This document shows positions 1-8,162 of a stretch of DNA of 32,000 nucleotides, in pieces. Location: NCBI GenBank assembly GCA_964496765.1, contig CAZCAP010000005.1:1-32000 (forward strand). The letters are read 5' to 3'. Every line of letters begins with the position of its first letter. Position 1 is the first letter of the stretch. The notes under the pieces are model-generated. The model searched no databases. It had not been told where the DNA came from and saw only the letters and a list, made by a program, of their open reading frames with translations. The stretch comes from an uncultured archaeon. GTDB lineage: Archaea > Iainarchaeota > Iainarchaeia > Iainarchaeales > CSSED10-239. Both the position numbers and the translations under genes were made by a program.

Positions 1-72
<72 letters not shown>

Positions 73-85
73 ACTTTTTTAAAAA

Positions 86-562
86 TCAGGCCCAATAATT
101 TATCTTCTTACCTTCTTTTCTTAAAAATCCAGAAACTATCTTTGGTTTAATTTTTGCATGCTTAATTATATCCTTTGGTCTAATGTATATCCAATTGTCC
201 AAATCATCCAATCTTTCTTTATCTGGTCTGTCCTCTTCAAGAGCAGAATAAACAATTCCATCTACTCCTGCCCAGATTGCTGCACTAGCACACATTGGAC
301 AACATTCAAGAGATGAATATAACCAACAACCAGTAAGCTGTTCTGATTTTAATTTTTCACATGCACTTTCAATTGCATTAACCTCTGCATGCCCTGTTGG
401 AATAAATGGATAACCATTCTTTTTATCCTCATAGTAACTACAAACACTTTTTGAGATTATTTTATCTCCTTTTACAATAAAAGCAGTAACAGAATGCTTT
501 TTCTTTGCAAGCTCAAGAACTTGCATCATAATCTCTTTGTTTGGATGTTTCATAAAAATCAA
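86..562 (-). CDS. Cytidine/deoxycytidylate deaminase superfamily protein (nucleoside/guanine deaminase or TadA-like)
   Basis: Zinc-deaminase motifs HAEVNAIESA and ECCPMCASAAIWAGVDGIVYSA in a 158-aa ORF. Confidence 0.85.
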   Translation of the reverse strand: MIFMKHPNKEIMMQVLELAKKKHSVTAFIVKGDKIISKSVCSYYEDKKNGYPFIPTGHAEVNAIESACEKLKSEQLTGCWLYSSLECCPMCASAAIWAGVDGIVYSALEEDRPDKERLDDLDNWIYIRPKDIIKHAKIKPKIVSGFLRKEGKKINYWA

Positions 563-601
563 TATTATTTTTTTCTTTCTTTTTTAAATAAAAGATAAGG
601 G

Positions 602-674
602 TCCGAACCGGGATTTGAACCCGGGTCCTGGGATCCACAGTCCCAGATGCTAACCGCTACACAATTCGGACCAT
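602..674 (-). tRNA. tRNA-His (anticodon GTG)
   Basis: Reverse complement GGTCCGAATTGTGTAGCGGTTAGCATC-TGGGA-CTGTGGA-TCCCA..., T loop TTCAAAT; extra 5' G pairs with C73 as expected for tRNA-His. Confidence 0.94.
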
Positions 675-783
675 TAGTTTACCTAGATAAACACAAGGCA
701 CTATAATATATATAGTATTAAATATATTTATAAAGATTTACAAGAACTATATAATTAGCTTTATTACTTAAATTGGACTAAAG

Positions 784-1287
784 ATGTATAAATTAAATAA
801 AAAAGGAGAAGCAGAAACAATTGGTTACATTTCTGTAATATTCATTATTGTGATTATAGTTGGAATACTTGCAATAGCAACAACAACAGTAGTAGCTGAA
901 CAGAACTCAGTAACCAGGTTTGAAAATTCTAAAAACTATATTTCTGACATAGAATCAATTATTAATCAGGTCATGCTATCTCCAACAGGAGCTGGAGCAA
1001 AAACAAGCCTAGACCTAACAAATCTTTATCTAAATATTAGTGCAGACACAAACAAGATTGAAATATACCACCTAATAAATGGAAATTACTATGAAAATTA
1101 CAAACTCATTTATCAGGGACAAAAATACACCTACAGAGATAAGCAAAAGTTATATGCTGGGATTCAATATACAGATGTAAATATTACAGATACAATTTTT
1201 GCACAAAACAAAGCAGTTATCCTATATTTCAAAAAGCTAGGAACTAATCAATTAAGAATTACAACAGAAGCAAACACAGATGAATAA
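784..1287 (+). CDS. Archaeal type IV pilin-like protein 1 (class III signal peptide)
   Basis: N-terminus MYKLNKKG-EAETIGYISVIFIIVIIVGILAIATTTVV: short basic leader, KKG cleavage context, hydrophobic helix. Confidence 0.7.
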   Translation: MYKLNKKGEAETIGYISVIFIIVIIVGILAIATTTVVAEQNSVTRFENSKNYISDIESIINQVMLSPTGAGAKTSLDLTNLYLNISADTNKIEIYHLINGNYYENYKLIYQGQKYTYRDKQKLYAGIQYTDVNITDTIFAQNKAVILYFKKLGTNQLRITTEANTDE

Positions 1288-1311
1288 TTAACACCTATAT
1301 TGAGAATAAAA

Positions 1312-1824
1312 ATGAATAAAAAAGCACAGGCAAACATAATCTCATACATATTGTTTATTTTAATAGCAATAATTATATTCACAATGGTTGCAACAGAATC
1401 AATTAACATTGTAAGAAAGCATCAGGAAACCTATAAGTTTAATTTAATGATTGATTCAATATCCTATTTAAATAATAACATAATTCTAGTATCTCACGAA
1501 AGATTTTCAAAAAAAGAAATAATTATTAATAATCCAGAAGAAATTACCATTGACTGTGAAAACAATAGAATAACAGGAAGCTTATCCTATTCTTTAGAAT
1601 TTAGAACTGATCAAAACACAGAAATAAATGGAATCACAGTATACAATAAAATCAATAACCTATATTTTGATAAAAACATATCAGATAATGAATTAATTTA
1701 TTTGGATTGCACAACATTCACTCTAAATAAAGGTAAAAACCTAATAGACATCTATTATATAACCTATGAAGATGATAAAGTACACTTAGATATAAATAGA
1801 CCCACCCCAAATATAACAGGATGA
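1312..1824 (+). CDS. Archaeal type IV pilin-like protein 2
   Basis: MNKKA-QANIISYILFILIAIIIFTMVATESI; ORF track begins at TTG 1300 but ATG 1312 fits the signal better. Overlaps next ORF by 4 nt. Confidence 0.68.
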   Translation: MNKKAQANIISYILFILIAIIIFTMVATESINIVRKHQETYKFNLMIDSISYLNNNIILVSHERFSKKEIIINNPEEITIDCENNRITGSLSYSLEFRTDQNTEINGITVYNKINNLYFDKNISDNELIYLDCTTFTLNKGKNLIDIYYITYEDDKVHLDINRPTPNITG

Positions 1825-2333
1825 TTAGACACATGAATAGAAAAGGAATTGCACCAATGTTTTCAGGGATATTCATTATATTCATTGGAGTACTTTTTAT
1901 GGGAATTATAATCATGTTTGCAATTGATTATTTTAATATACTAGAAGATCAACAGAGTTACTATAATAATCAAACAACACTAACCCAAATTAATGATACA
2001 CTATTATACCTAAAAACAACAAGCATAGGAACAAATTATATTACAACCATACAAAATAATAATGAAATCATATTTAATTCTACGCAAAACTCAGTAACCA
2101 TAGAACAGGATATTAAAAATCCTGGAGCCTATACTAAAAGCAAAGTAGATAGGGATTATGGAAACCTAAACATTAGAAAAACATCCAGTCAATTCATTTA
2201 CACACTGGATTTAAACGGAATAGTGGATCTAAATAATGATGTGGTAGTTAATTTAGGAAATCACACCATTGATTTAAATGTTGTTGGTGAAGAAAATAAT
2301 ATTCCTATTATTGAAATAAGATACAAGAACTAA
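1821..2333 (+). CDS. Archaeal type IV pilin-like protein 3
   Basis: MNRKG-IAPMFSGIFIIFIGVLFMGIIIMFAIDY; ATGA overlap with preceding gene; alternate start at 1833. Confidence 0.65.
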   Translation: MIRHMNRKGIAPMFSGIFIIFIGVLFMGIIIMFAIDYFNILEDQQSYYNNQTTLTQINDTLLYLKTTSIGTNYITTIQNNNEIIFNSTQNSVTIEQDIKNPGAYTKSKVDRDYGNLNIRKTSSQFIYTLDLNGIVDLNNDVVVNLGNHTIDLNVVGEENNIPIIEIRYKN

Positions 2334-2348
2334 ATTCTGTGAATAAAT

Positions 2349-2930
2349 ATGCTACCAACAAAAGAACAAGCTAGGCTTATCATAAAAAAATATCTTAAAG
2401 AAGATCCAAATATAGAACATTGCCTGCTTGTAGGTGGGGGAATGGGAGGAGTTGCAAGACTACTTGGAAAAACAGAAGACGAAATAAATAAATGGTATAT
2501 AATTGGCGTTCTTCATGATGTTGATGTTGAAAGATATAATGGAGATATCTACAAGCACTGTGTTATTGCAGAAGAAATTTTGAAACAGGAAGGAATAGAC
2601 CAGGAAATCATTGATATTATTAAAACACATAATGAAGTACTTGGGTTTGAAAGAAAAGAAGAAGTAGAACATGCACTCTATTCCGTTGATGGGTTATCAG
2701 GAATAATTAGAGCCTATGTGCTCATGAGACCAGACAAAGATATACAAGTGATTGAAACAAAATCCATTCTTAAAAAATATAAGGATAAGTTCTTTGCAGC
2801 AGCAGTTTCTAGAGAACAAATAATATTATGTGAAAGCACATTAAATATTCCACTAGATAAATTCATAGAAGCAGTAATTACTGGAATTAAAGAAGAAAAG
2901 ATATATCTAAACCCAAAATTGGAGGAATAA
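2349..2930 (+). CDS. HD-domain phosphohydrolase-like protein
   Basis: 193 aa with WYIIGVLHDVDVERY and IIKTHNEVLG, typical of HD-domain proteins. Confidence 0.65.
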   Translation: MLPTKEQARLIIKKYLKEDPNIEHCLLVGGGMGGVARLLGKTEDEINKWYIIGVLHDVDVERYNGDIYKHCVIAEEILKQEGIDQEIIDIIKTHNEVLGFERKEEVEHALYSVDGLSGIIRAYVLMRPDKDIQVIETKSILKKYKDKFFAAAVSREQIILCESTLNIPLDKFIEAVITGIKEEKIYLNPKLEE

Positions 2931-2933
2931 AAT

Positions 2934-3218
2934 TTAACTCCACATGGTCATATCTTTACCCTTTTTCTTAAATAATTTCGGTTTTGGTTTACTAAGGGCA
3001 GTTACCTTTTCCTTTTTACTTTTAGGATTAGATGGTTTTGGTTTTTTCTTTTCAATTCCTAATAACTTCTCTAGAAAGTTATCATTATATCCAAGAGATG
3101 ACTTCTTAATCTTTGTATCTCCAGTTCTTATTGAATATTCATTTAGTTTTGAAAGACTATTCTTATCAACTAGAGCTTCATTTAAATAATCCATTTTCTT
3201 CTTTTTTAATAGACTCAT
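2934..3218 (-). CDS. Small basic protein of unknown function
   Basis: 94-aa ORF, Lys-rich C-terminal half; tail-to-tail with HD-domain gene (3-nt gap). Confidence 0.45.
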   Translation of the reverse strand: MSLLKKKKMDYLNEALVDKNSLSKLNEYSIRTGDTKIKKSSLGYNDNFLEKLLGIEKKKPKPSNPKSKKEKVTALSKPKPKLFKKKGKDMTMWS

Positions 3219-3307
3219 AATAATCTACCTTTTTATTTATATTTTTTATTAAAACAATTAGGATAATATTATAATAGATAGAAAGGTATAAAAATAGAAT
3301 TCTTGCT

Positions 3308-4501
3308 TTAGAAGATACCAAAGAATATGTTCTTTAAAATATCAAATATGTATACTTCAGCTAGAGCACCTGCTAAAAAGAAGAAAAAACCACATAGCAA
3401 AAGTATTAAACAATACCTTATTATTGTAAACATCCTATCTGAATCATTTCTTTCTTTCTTAATCCCAACCGCAAGTAGATTACCACTAATGCTTGCAAAA
3501 AAGTAGGCAGCAGCTTCCAAAATTACATGAAGAGCAACGCTTAATAACAATGGCAAAATAATTAAAATGAAGGCAACATTGTAATGAGAACTATAGAAGA
3601 GAGCATACTGGGTGAAAACAACACCCCAATAGATTGCATTCCACACAATTAGAAGTATCGCACCTAGCGGGAACACAAGAGCAATTATAAAGCATACAAT
3701 TAATACAGAAAGGTTGTTTGTGAATATACTCCAAAAAATAGAATTTTTATCCTGACCCTCAAAACCTATATTCTTTGTAGGCAAGAGCTTATCATCCCAT
3801 CCCTGTTCCCCAAATAGATGTGCAGATGTGTTTCTTGGAATAACAGCAATTAGAAGTATAATAACTAGGATTATGCCTAGGAAAAAATAAAAATATGTTG
3901 AGACTATTGCTTTGTGATCATTATAGAAACCCATAAATGAAAACTTATCAGATCTTAAATTAAATTTAAATAAACTTATTCCCTTTTGCTTAACCTGCTC
4001 GGTTCTTCCAACAAGTAATTCATTAAGCTTAATTTGTTTTTGAATAAATGGAGCAAGGAACAATGTTGTTAAAAATATTGCAAAAAAACCAGGCTTATCA
4101 GGAAACAAAAGAATTGCAAAACCAAACCCAATCATGGTCCCTAAAACAGAATAGAATAAAGACTGTAGATTTGGTGGAAATCCGTTCTTGAACTTAGAAG
4201 GTAATTCTTTAAAATAATTAAATATGCTTAATGGAATTTCCTTTATAGGATTAGTTGGTTTTCTTTGCTCTGGCTTAGGTTCATTTATTGGTTGTCCTTT
4301 TTTATCTGCTTCCTTTGAGATGGACATTGAAGAAACAAAACCAATCTCTTTTTTATCCTTGATGACAGGCTTTTCTTTTGAGTTTGGGCTTAATTTTGTT
4401 TTTGAATCAATAAAGGTTGGATCTGATGATTGAGAAGATGTATTTGTTTTATTAATAACCTTTCTTTGATTAATAGTATTCTTGTTTCCCATATATACCA
4501 T
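3308..4501 (-). CDS. Integral membrane protein, SpoIIM (DUF95)-like, with charged N-terminal extension
   Basis: Multiple hydrophobic helices; FTNNLSVLIVCFIIALVFPLGAILLIVWNAIYWGVVFTQYA and HVILEAAAYFFASISGNLL resemble the SpoIIM family. Confidence 0.65.
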   Translation of the reverse strand: MVYMGNKNTINQRKVINKTNTSSQSSDPTFIDSKTKLSPNSKEKPVIKDKKEIGFVSSMSISKEADKKGQPINEPKPEQRKPTNPIKEIPLSIFNYFKELPSKFKNGFPPNLQSLFYSVLGTMIGFGFAILLFPDKPGFFAIFLTTLFLAPFIQKQIKLNELLVGRTEQVKQKGISLFKFNLRSDKFSFMGFYNDHKAIVSTYFYFFLGIILVIILLIAVIPRNTSAHLFGEQGWDDKLLPTKNIGFEGQDKNSIFWSIFTNNLSVLIVCFIIALVFPLGAILLIVWNAIYWGVVFTQYALFYSSHYNVAFILIILPLLLSVALHVILEAAAYFFASISGNLLAVGIKKERNDSDRMFTIIRYCLILLLCGFFFFLAGALAEVYIFDILKNIFFGIF

Positions 4502-4555
4502 AGATATAACATAGAAAAATATATAAAGAAATTGATTAAACCTTTTATCTCTTGG

Positions 4556-5770
4556 TTACTTTTTATTCACATAGAATCTATGTATCTTTTCAAAGGTAAG
4601 AAGTTGATTTAGTTTATCCATAAAATCCTTAGAAAACACTCCAGCTTTGTAATGAGAAAGAACAGAAAAATAGGAAATATCAGACATTTCTTCCCACATT
4701 CCTGTTGATTTAATTAATTTTTCAAGTTCTTCTCTTTCTTTGCTTCCCTTTTCAGGCATTTTTATAGAATCATATTCCTTTACTAGAAGAGAAGAATTTG
4801 TTCCAACTAATCTTTCAAGATTATTTCCCTTGGAATAAATTATAATTGCTTCCTTGATTTTTTCAAGGTCTCTATCAATAACATTAATAAATTCATCCTT
4901 CCTAAGCTTAAGTTCATTGTATTTATTTACAAGAGTAACTCCATCATCTTTTAAAAATTCATTTGCAGGAAGTGATCTTAGTTTAATATCATGAGCCATT
5001 GCTGGACAAATACTTCTGAACTCACACCATTCACATAGAGCACTTGTTTTTGTTGGGAATTCATCTTTCTTTTTTGCAATTTCTATATTTTTAATAATTT
5101 TAATAACTTCAGTTCTTAGATTATCTAAATCCAGATCAGTTCTCTGGGACCTAAGTTCAATTCCAACTGATAAAAAATGCCAAACTAAATCAATTCTTTT
5201 AACAAAAGGAAATGATTGCTTTATTGCTATTGAATATAGAGCAAGTTGTTTGTCCTCATCAACCTGTTCCTGTGTTTTTGGAATCATGTTTGTTTTATAA
5301 TCATGTATTTCTATAACTTCATCAGACAAAAGAGTTAGTCTATCAATGAATCCAATTAGATCATAATTGTTTTGAGTATCAGGATCAAAAACCTTAATTG
5401 TAACCTGCTGTTCAAGACCTAATGTTTTACCTTGATTAAATGGTTTGTAGGTTTCATAGTAGAAAAATAAATAATCATTTCCTAGTTTTTTATAGTTATC
5501 AGGAGTGAAATCCTTTCTTATGATTTCTGTGGTTTCTGAAGAATATTTTTTAATCCACAGATCATTATAATAAACAAGAACATCTTCTAAAGAATTGAGT
5601 TTACTAAACTTAACATCATTATATAGTTTTTCAAGGGTTTCATGAACCATTGTCCCCATGAATGCTTCAATTGATTGCTTTCTTATAATATCTGGTTTTT
5701 CAATATAATTAAATTTGAATTTTCTAGGACAGGTTTTGAATGTTTCCATGGATGAATGTGAATATCTCAT
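4556..5770 (-). CDS. PD-(D/E)XK nuclease, RecB/Cas4-like with putative Fe-S cluster cysteines
   Basis: YSHSSMETFKTCPRKFKFNYIEKP, EIHDYKTN, QLALYSIA, and C-terminal CEWCEFRSICP. Confidence 0.85.
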   Translation of the reverse strand: MRYSHSSMETFKTCPRKFKFNYIEKPDIIRKQSIEAFMGTMVHETLEKLYNDVKFSKLNSLEDVLVYYNDLWIKKYSSETTEIIRKDFTPDNYKKLGNDYLFFYYETYKPFNQGKTLGLEQQVTIKVFDPDTQNNYDLIGFIDRLTLLSDEVIEIHDYKTNMIPKTQEQVDEDKQLALYSIAIKQSFPFVKRIDLVWHFLSVGIELRSQRTDLDLDNLRTEVIKIIKNIEIAKKKDEFPTKTSALCEWCEFRSICPAMAHDIKLRSLPANEFLKDDGVTLVNKYNELKLRKDEFINVIDRDLEKIKEAIIIYSKGNNLERLVGTNSSLLVKEYDSIKMPEKGSKEREELEKLIKSTGMWEEMSDISYFSVLSHYKAGVFSKDFMDKLNQLLTFEKIHRFYVNKK

Positions 5771-5839
5771 AAATTATCTTCTCTATCTTTAATTTCTTTT
5801 TATAAATAGAAGAAAGAGGAAAGAGTTTATAATTGTTTT

Positions 5840-5886
5840 GGAGGTTCCTGTCCAATGATAATAATTTGCTTGGACAGCCACCCTCC
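5840..5886 (+). other. GC-rich two-part hairpin, possible structured RNA or leader element
   Basis: GGAGG(5840-5844)/CCTCC(5882-5886) outer stem, CTGTCCAA(5848-5855)/TTGGACAG(5870-5877) inner stem, asymmetric internal loop, in an otherwise AT-rich intergenic region. Confidence 0.4.
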
Positions 5887-5923
5887 CGAAAAGGATATAC
5901 ACTAGAAAAATGTAATATAATAT

Positions 5924-6967
5924 ATGACCAAGTTAAAAAAACTAACTGAAAATGAAGATCTATTTGAAAATATTAAAAAAATCATTAATGATTCTAAATC
6001 AAAGATATATACTACGATTAATACAACAATAATCAACACATATTGGAATATAGGAAAAAAGATTGTAGAGGAAGAACAAAAAGGGAAAAAAAGAGCAGGA
6101 TATGGGGGATATCTAATAAAAAAACTAGCAATAAGATTAACAACAGAGATTGGGAAAGGATTTAGTGAGCGAAATTTATGGAATATGATTCAATTATATA
6201 AAATATATCCAATTGTGCAGGCACTGCCTGCAGAATTAACCTGGACTCATTTTGTTAGATTATTCCAAATAGAAGATGAACAAGTAAGAAAATTTTATGA
6301 AATTGAATGCTCAAAAACAAGATGGTCAACAAGAGAACTCGATAGACAAGTAAGCTCTATGCTTTATGAAAGACTTTGCCTATCGAGAAATAAAAAGAAG
6401 ATTATTGAACTATCAAAAAATGGTCAAATAATTGGTGAACCGAAGGATATTATTAAGGAATATTATGTACTTGAATTTCTGGGACTAAAAGAAGATAATA
6501 GATATCTTGAGAAGGATTTAGAAAAGAGAATTATCAATAATATAAAATACTTTTTAATGGAATTTGGGAAAGGTTATGCTTTCATTGGTAGACAAAAGAG
6601 AATAACAATCGGTTCTGAAAGTTATTATATTGATTTGGTATTTTATAATACAATCTTAAAATGCTTTGTTATTGTAGATCTTAAAACAAATAAATTAACT
6701 CCACAAGATATAGGGCAAATGGATTTATATATAAGATACTTTGAAAAAGAAGTTAAAACAAAAAGTGATAATCCTACAATTGGTCTTATTCTTTGTTCAG
6801 AGAAAGATAAAACAATGATTAAATATACTCTTCTTCCAGGAAATGAACAATTGTTTGCTTCAAAATATAAATTATATTTACCAACAGAAGAACAACTAAA
6901 AAAAGAAATTGAGAATACTAAACAACAATTATTAATGGATGGATACGAGATAAGATATGAAGATTAA
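5924..6967 (+). CDS. DUF1016/YhcG-family PD-(D/E)XK nuclease domain protein
   Basis: N-terminal INTTIINTYWNIGKKIVEEEQ...GKGFSERNLWNMIQLY, ELTWTHFVRLF, C-terminal FIGRQKRITIGSESYYIDLVFYN...VIVDLKTNKLTPQDIGQMDLYIRYFE. Confidence 0.9.
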   Translation: MTKLKKLTENEDLFENIKKIINDSKSKIYTTINTTIINTYWNIGKKIVEEEQKGKKRAGYGGYLIKKLAIRLTTEIGKGFSERNLWNMIQLYKIYPIVQALPAELTWTHFVRLFQIEDEQVRKFYEIECSKTRWSTRELDRQVSSMLYERLCLSRNKKKIIELSKNGQIIGEPKDIIKEYYVLEFLGLKEDNRYLEKDLEKRIINNIKYFLMEFGKGYAFIGRQKRITIGSESYYIDLVFYNTILKCFVIVDLKTNKLTPQDIGQMDLYIRYFEKEVKTKSDNPTIGLILCSEKDKTMIKYTLLPGNEQLFASKYKLYLPTEEQLKKEIENTKQQLLMDGYEIRYED

Positions 6968-7631
6968 AGATTTCACTCCTGAAAATAGACCTATGGAAAG
7001 AATGATTGAAAAGGGAGGAGATAACCTATCGGATGCAGAATTACTTGCAATTATTCTAAAGACTGGAACAAAGAACCAGAATGTTCTTGAATTATCAAAT
7101 CTTGTTCTTTCAAGGTTTCCAATGAACTCAATTGATAATCTAGAGATTAATGAATTAACTGAGATTAATGGGATTGGAAAGGTTAAAGCAAGTCAAATAA
7201 AAGCGATTTATGAACTTCATAAAAGATTAAGTGGCAAACAACATTTATTAAAGGAGGAACTAAAAGTTTATGCACCTTCTCAGGTTTATTCATATCTTAA
7301 AGAAGAGATTGGAAATAAATTTCAAGAAAATCTTGTTGCTCTTTTTCTTCGAGGAAATAATATAATTTCAAAAAAGATAATAACAATTGGAACTGACAAT
7401 CAAACTCTTATTTCCCATAAGAGTATAATCTCCTATGCGCTAAGAGAAAGAGCGCAGGCTTTAATCATTGCACACAATCATCCAAGTGGGGAAGCCTATC
7501 CATCCAGAGAAGATATTACTGAAACACAGAAGCTAGCAAAGATCTCAAAGGAACTAGACATTTGTTTTCTTGATCATCTAATTGTTACAAGAGATGGTTA
7601 TTTCTCATTTAAAGAGAAAGGAATGATGTAA
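6957..7631 (+). CDS. radC: RadC/UPF0758-family JAB-domain protein
   Basis: ENRPMERMIEKGGDNLSDAELLAIILKTG, HhH INGIGKVKASQIKAI, JAMM motif AHNHPSGEAYPSREDI. Overlaps upstream gene by 11 nt. Confidence 0.93.
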   Translation: MKIKDFTPENRPMERMIEKGGDNLSDAELLAIILKTGTKNQNVLELSNLVLSRFPMNSIDNLEINELTEINGIGKVKASQIKAIYELHKRLSGKQHLLKEELKVYAPSQVYSYLKEEIGNKFQENLVALFLRGNNIISKKIITIGTDNQTLISHKSIISYALRERAQALIIAHNHPSGEAYPSREDITETQKLAKISKELDICFLDHLIVTRDGYFSFKEKGMM

Positions 7632-7681
7632 AGGTGATAAATATGTTAACTAAACCATTAAACAATATTTTTAAAAGGCAT

Positions 7682-7709
7682 TTGATAGATAATATATTTA
7701 ATCTATCAA
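7682..7709 (+). promoter_or_regulatory. Inverted repeat around a TATA-like element upstream of hicBA
   Basis: TTGATAGAT (7682-7690) and ATCTATCAA (7701-7709), perfect 9-bp arms, 10-nt AT-rich spacer AATATATTTA, about 18 nt before the ATG at 7727. Confidence 0.5.
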
Positions 7710-7726
7710 CTTCTAAAGGGATTAAT

Positions 7727-7942
7727 ATGAAATTTAGAATAATTATTGAACAAGATGAAGATAATATATTTGTTGCAGAATGTCCTAATCTTCCTGGTGT
7801 TGTTTCACAGGGGAGGACAAGAGATGAAGCAATAAAAAATGTAACTGATGCTATCAAAGGTTATCTTGCAAGTCTTAAAAAGCATAATGAACCAATCCCT
7901 ACTCCAATAACAGAAGAAGTGGTAGTAGATGTATATGCATGA
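7727..7942 (+). CDS. hicB: HicB-family antitoxin-like protein
   Basis: MKFRIIIEQDEDNIFVAECPNLPGVVSQGRTRDEAIKNVTDAIKGYLASL; start 7727 preferred over 7634; overlaps HicA ORF. Confidence 0.88.
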   Translation: MKFRIIIEQDEDNIFVAECPNLPGVVSQGRTRDEAIKNVTDAIKGYLASLKKHNEPIPTPITEEVVVDVYA

Positions 7943-8159
7943 ACTACCAACTATTTCTGGAATCGAGCTTATTAAAATATTTTCAAAGATTGGTTATGAA
8001 GTTGATCACCAAACAGGGAGTCATTTTATATTAAGACAACCAAAAGAACCATATAGAAGATTAACAATTCCTAATCACAAAATAATTGCAAAAGGAACAT
8101 TAAGGGCTATAATTAGAGAATCTGGATTAACTAAAAATGAATTTTTAGAGCTCTTTTAA
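7929..8159 (+). CDS. hicA: HicA-family mRNA interferase toxin
   Basis: LPTISGIELIKIFSKIGYEVDHQTGSHFILRQP...RLTIPNHKIIAKGTLRAIIRESGLTKNEFLEL: HicA dsRBD-like fold with active-site GSH. Confidence 0.93.
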   Translation: MYMHELPTISGIELIKIFSKIGYEVDHQTGSHFILRQPKEPYRRLTIPNHKIIAKGTLRAIIRESGLTKNEFLELF

Positions 8160-8162
8160 TAG

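Noticed and set aside
674-783. TA-rich palindromic stretch (CTATAATATATATAGTA) upstream of the pilin-like genes
   Set aside because: Probably an ordinary archaeal TATA-containing promoter; AT-only symmetry is expected by chance in this composition.
4556-5770. Possible Cas4 of a CRISPR-Cas system
   Set aside because: No repeat-spacer array and no cas1, cas2 or effector genes in the window; a RecB-like nuclease is the safer call.
7634-7726. N-terminal extension of HicB (MINMLTKPLNNIFKRHLIDNIFNLSTSKGI)
   Set aside because: Overlaps the inverted repeat/TATA-like region and does not resemble HicB; start at 7727 gives a canonical N-terminus.
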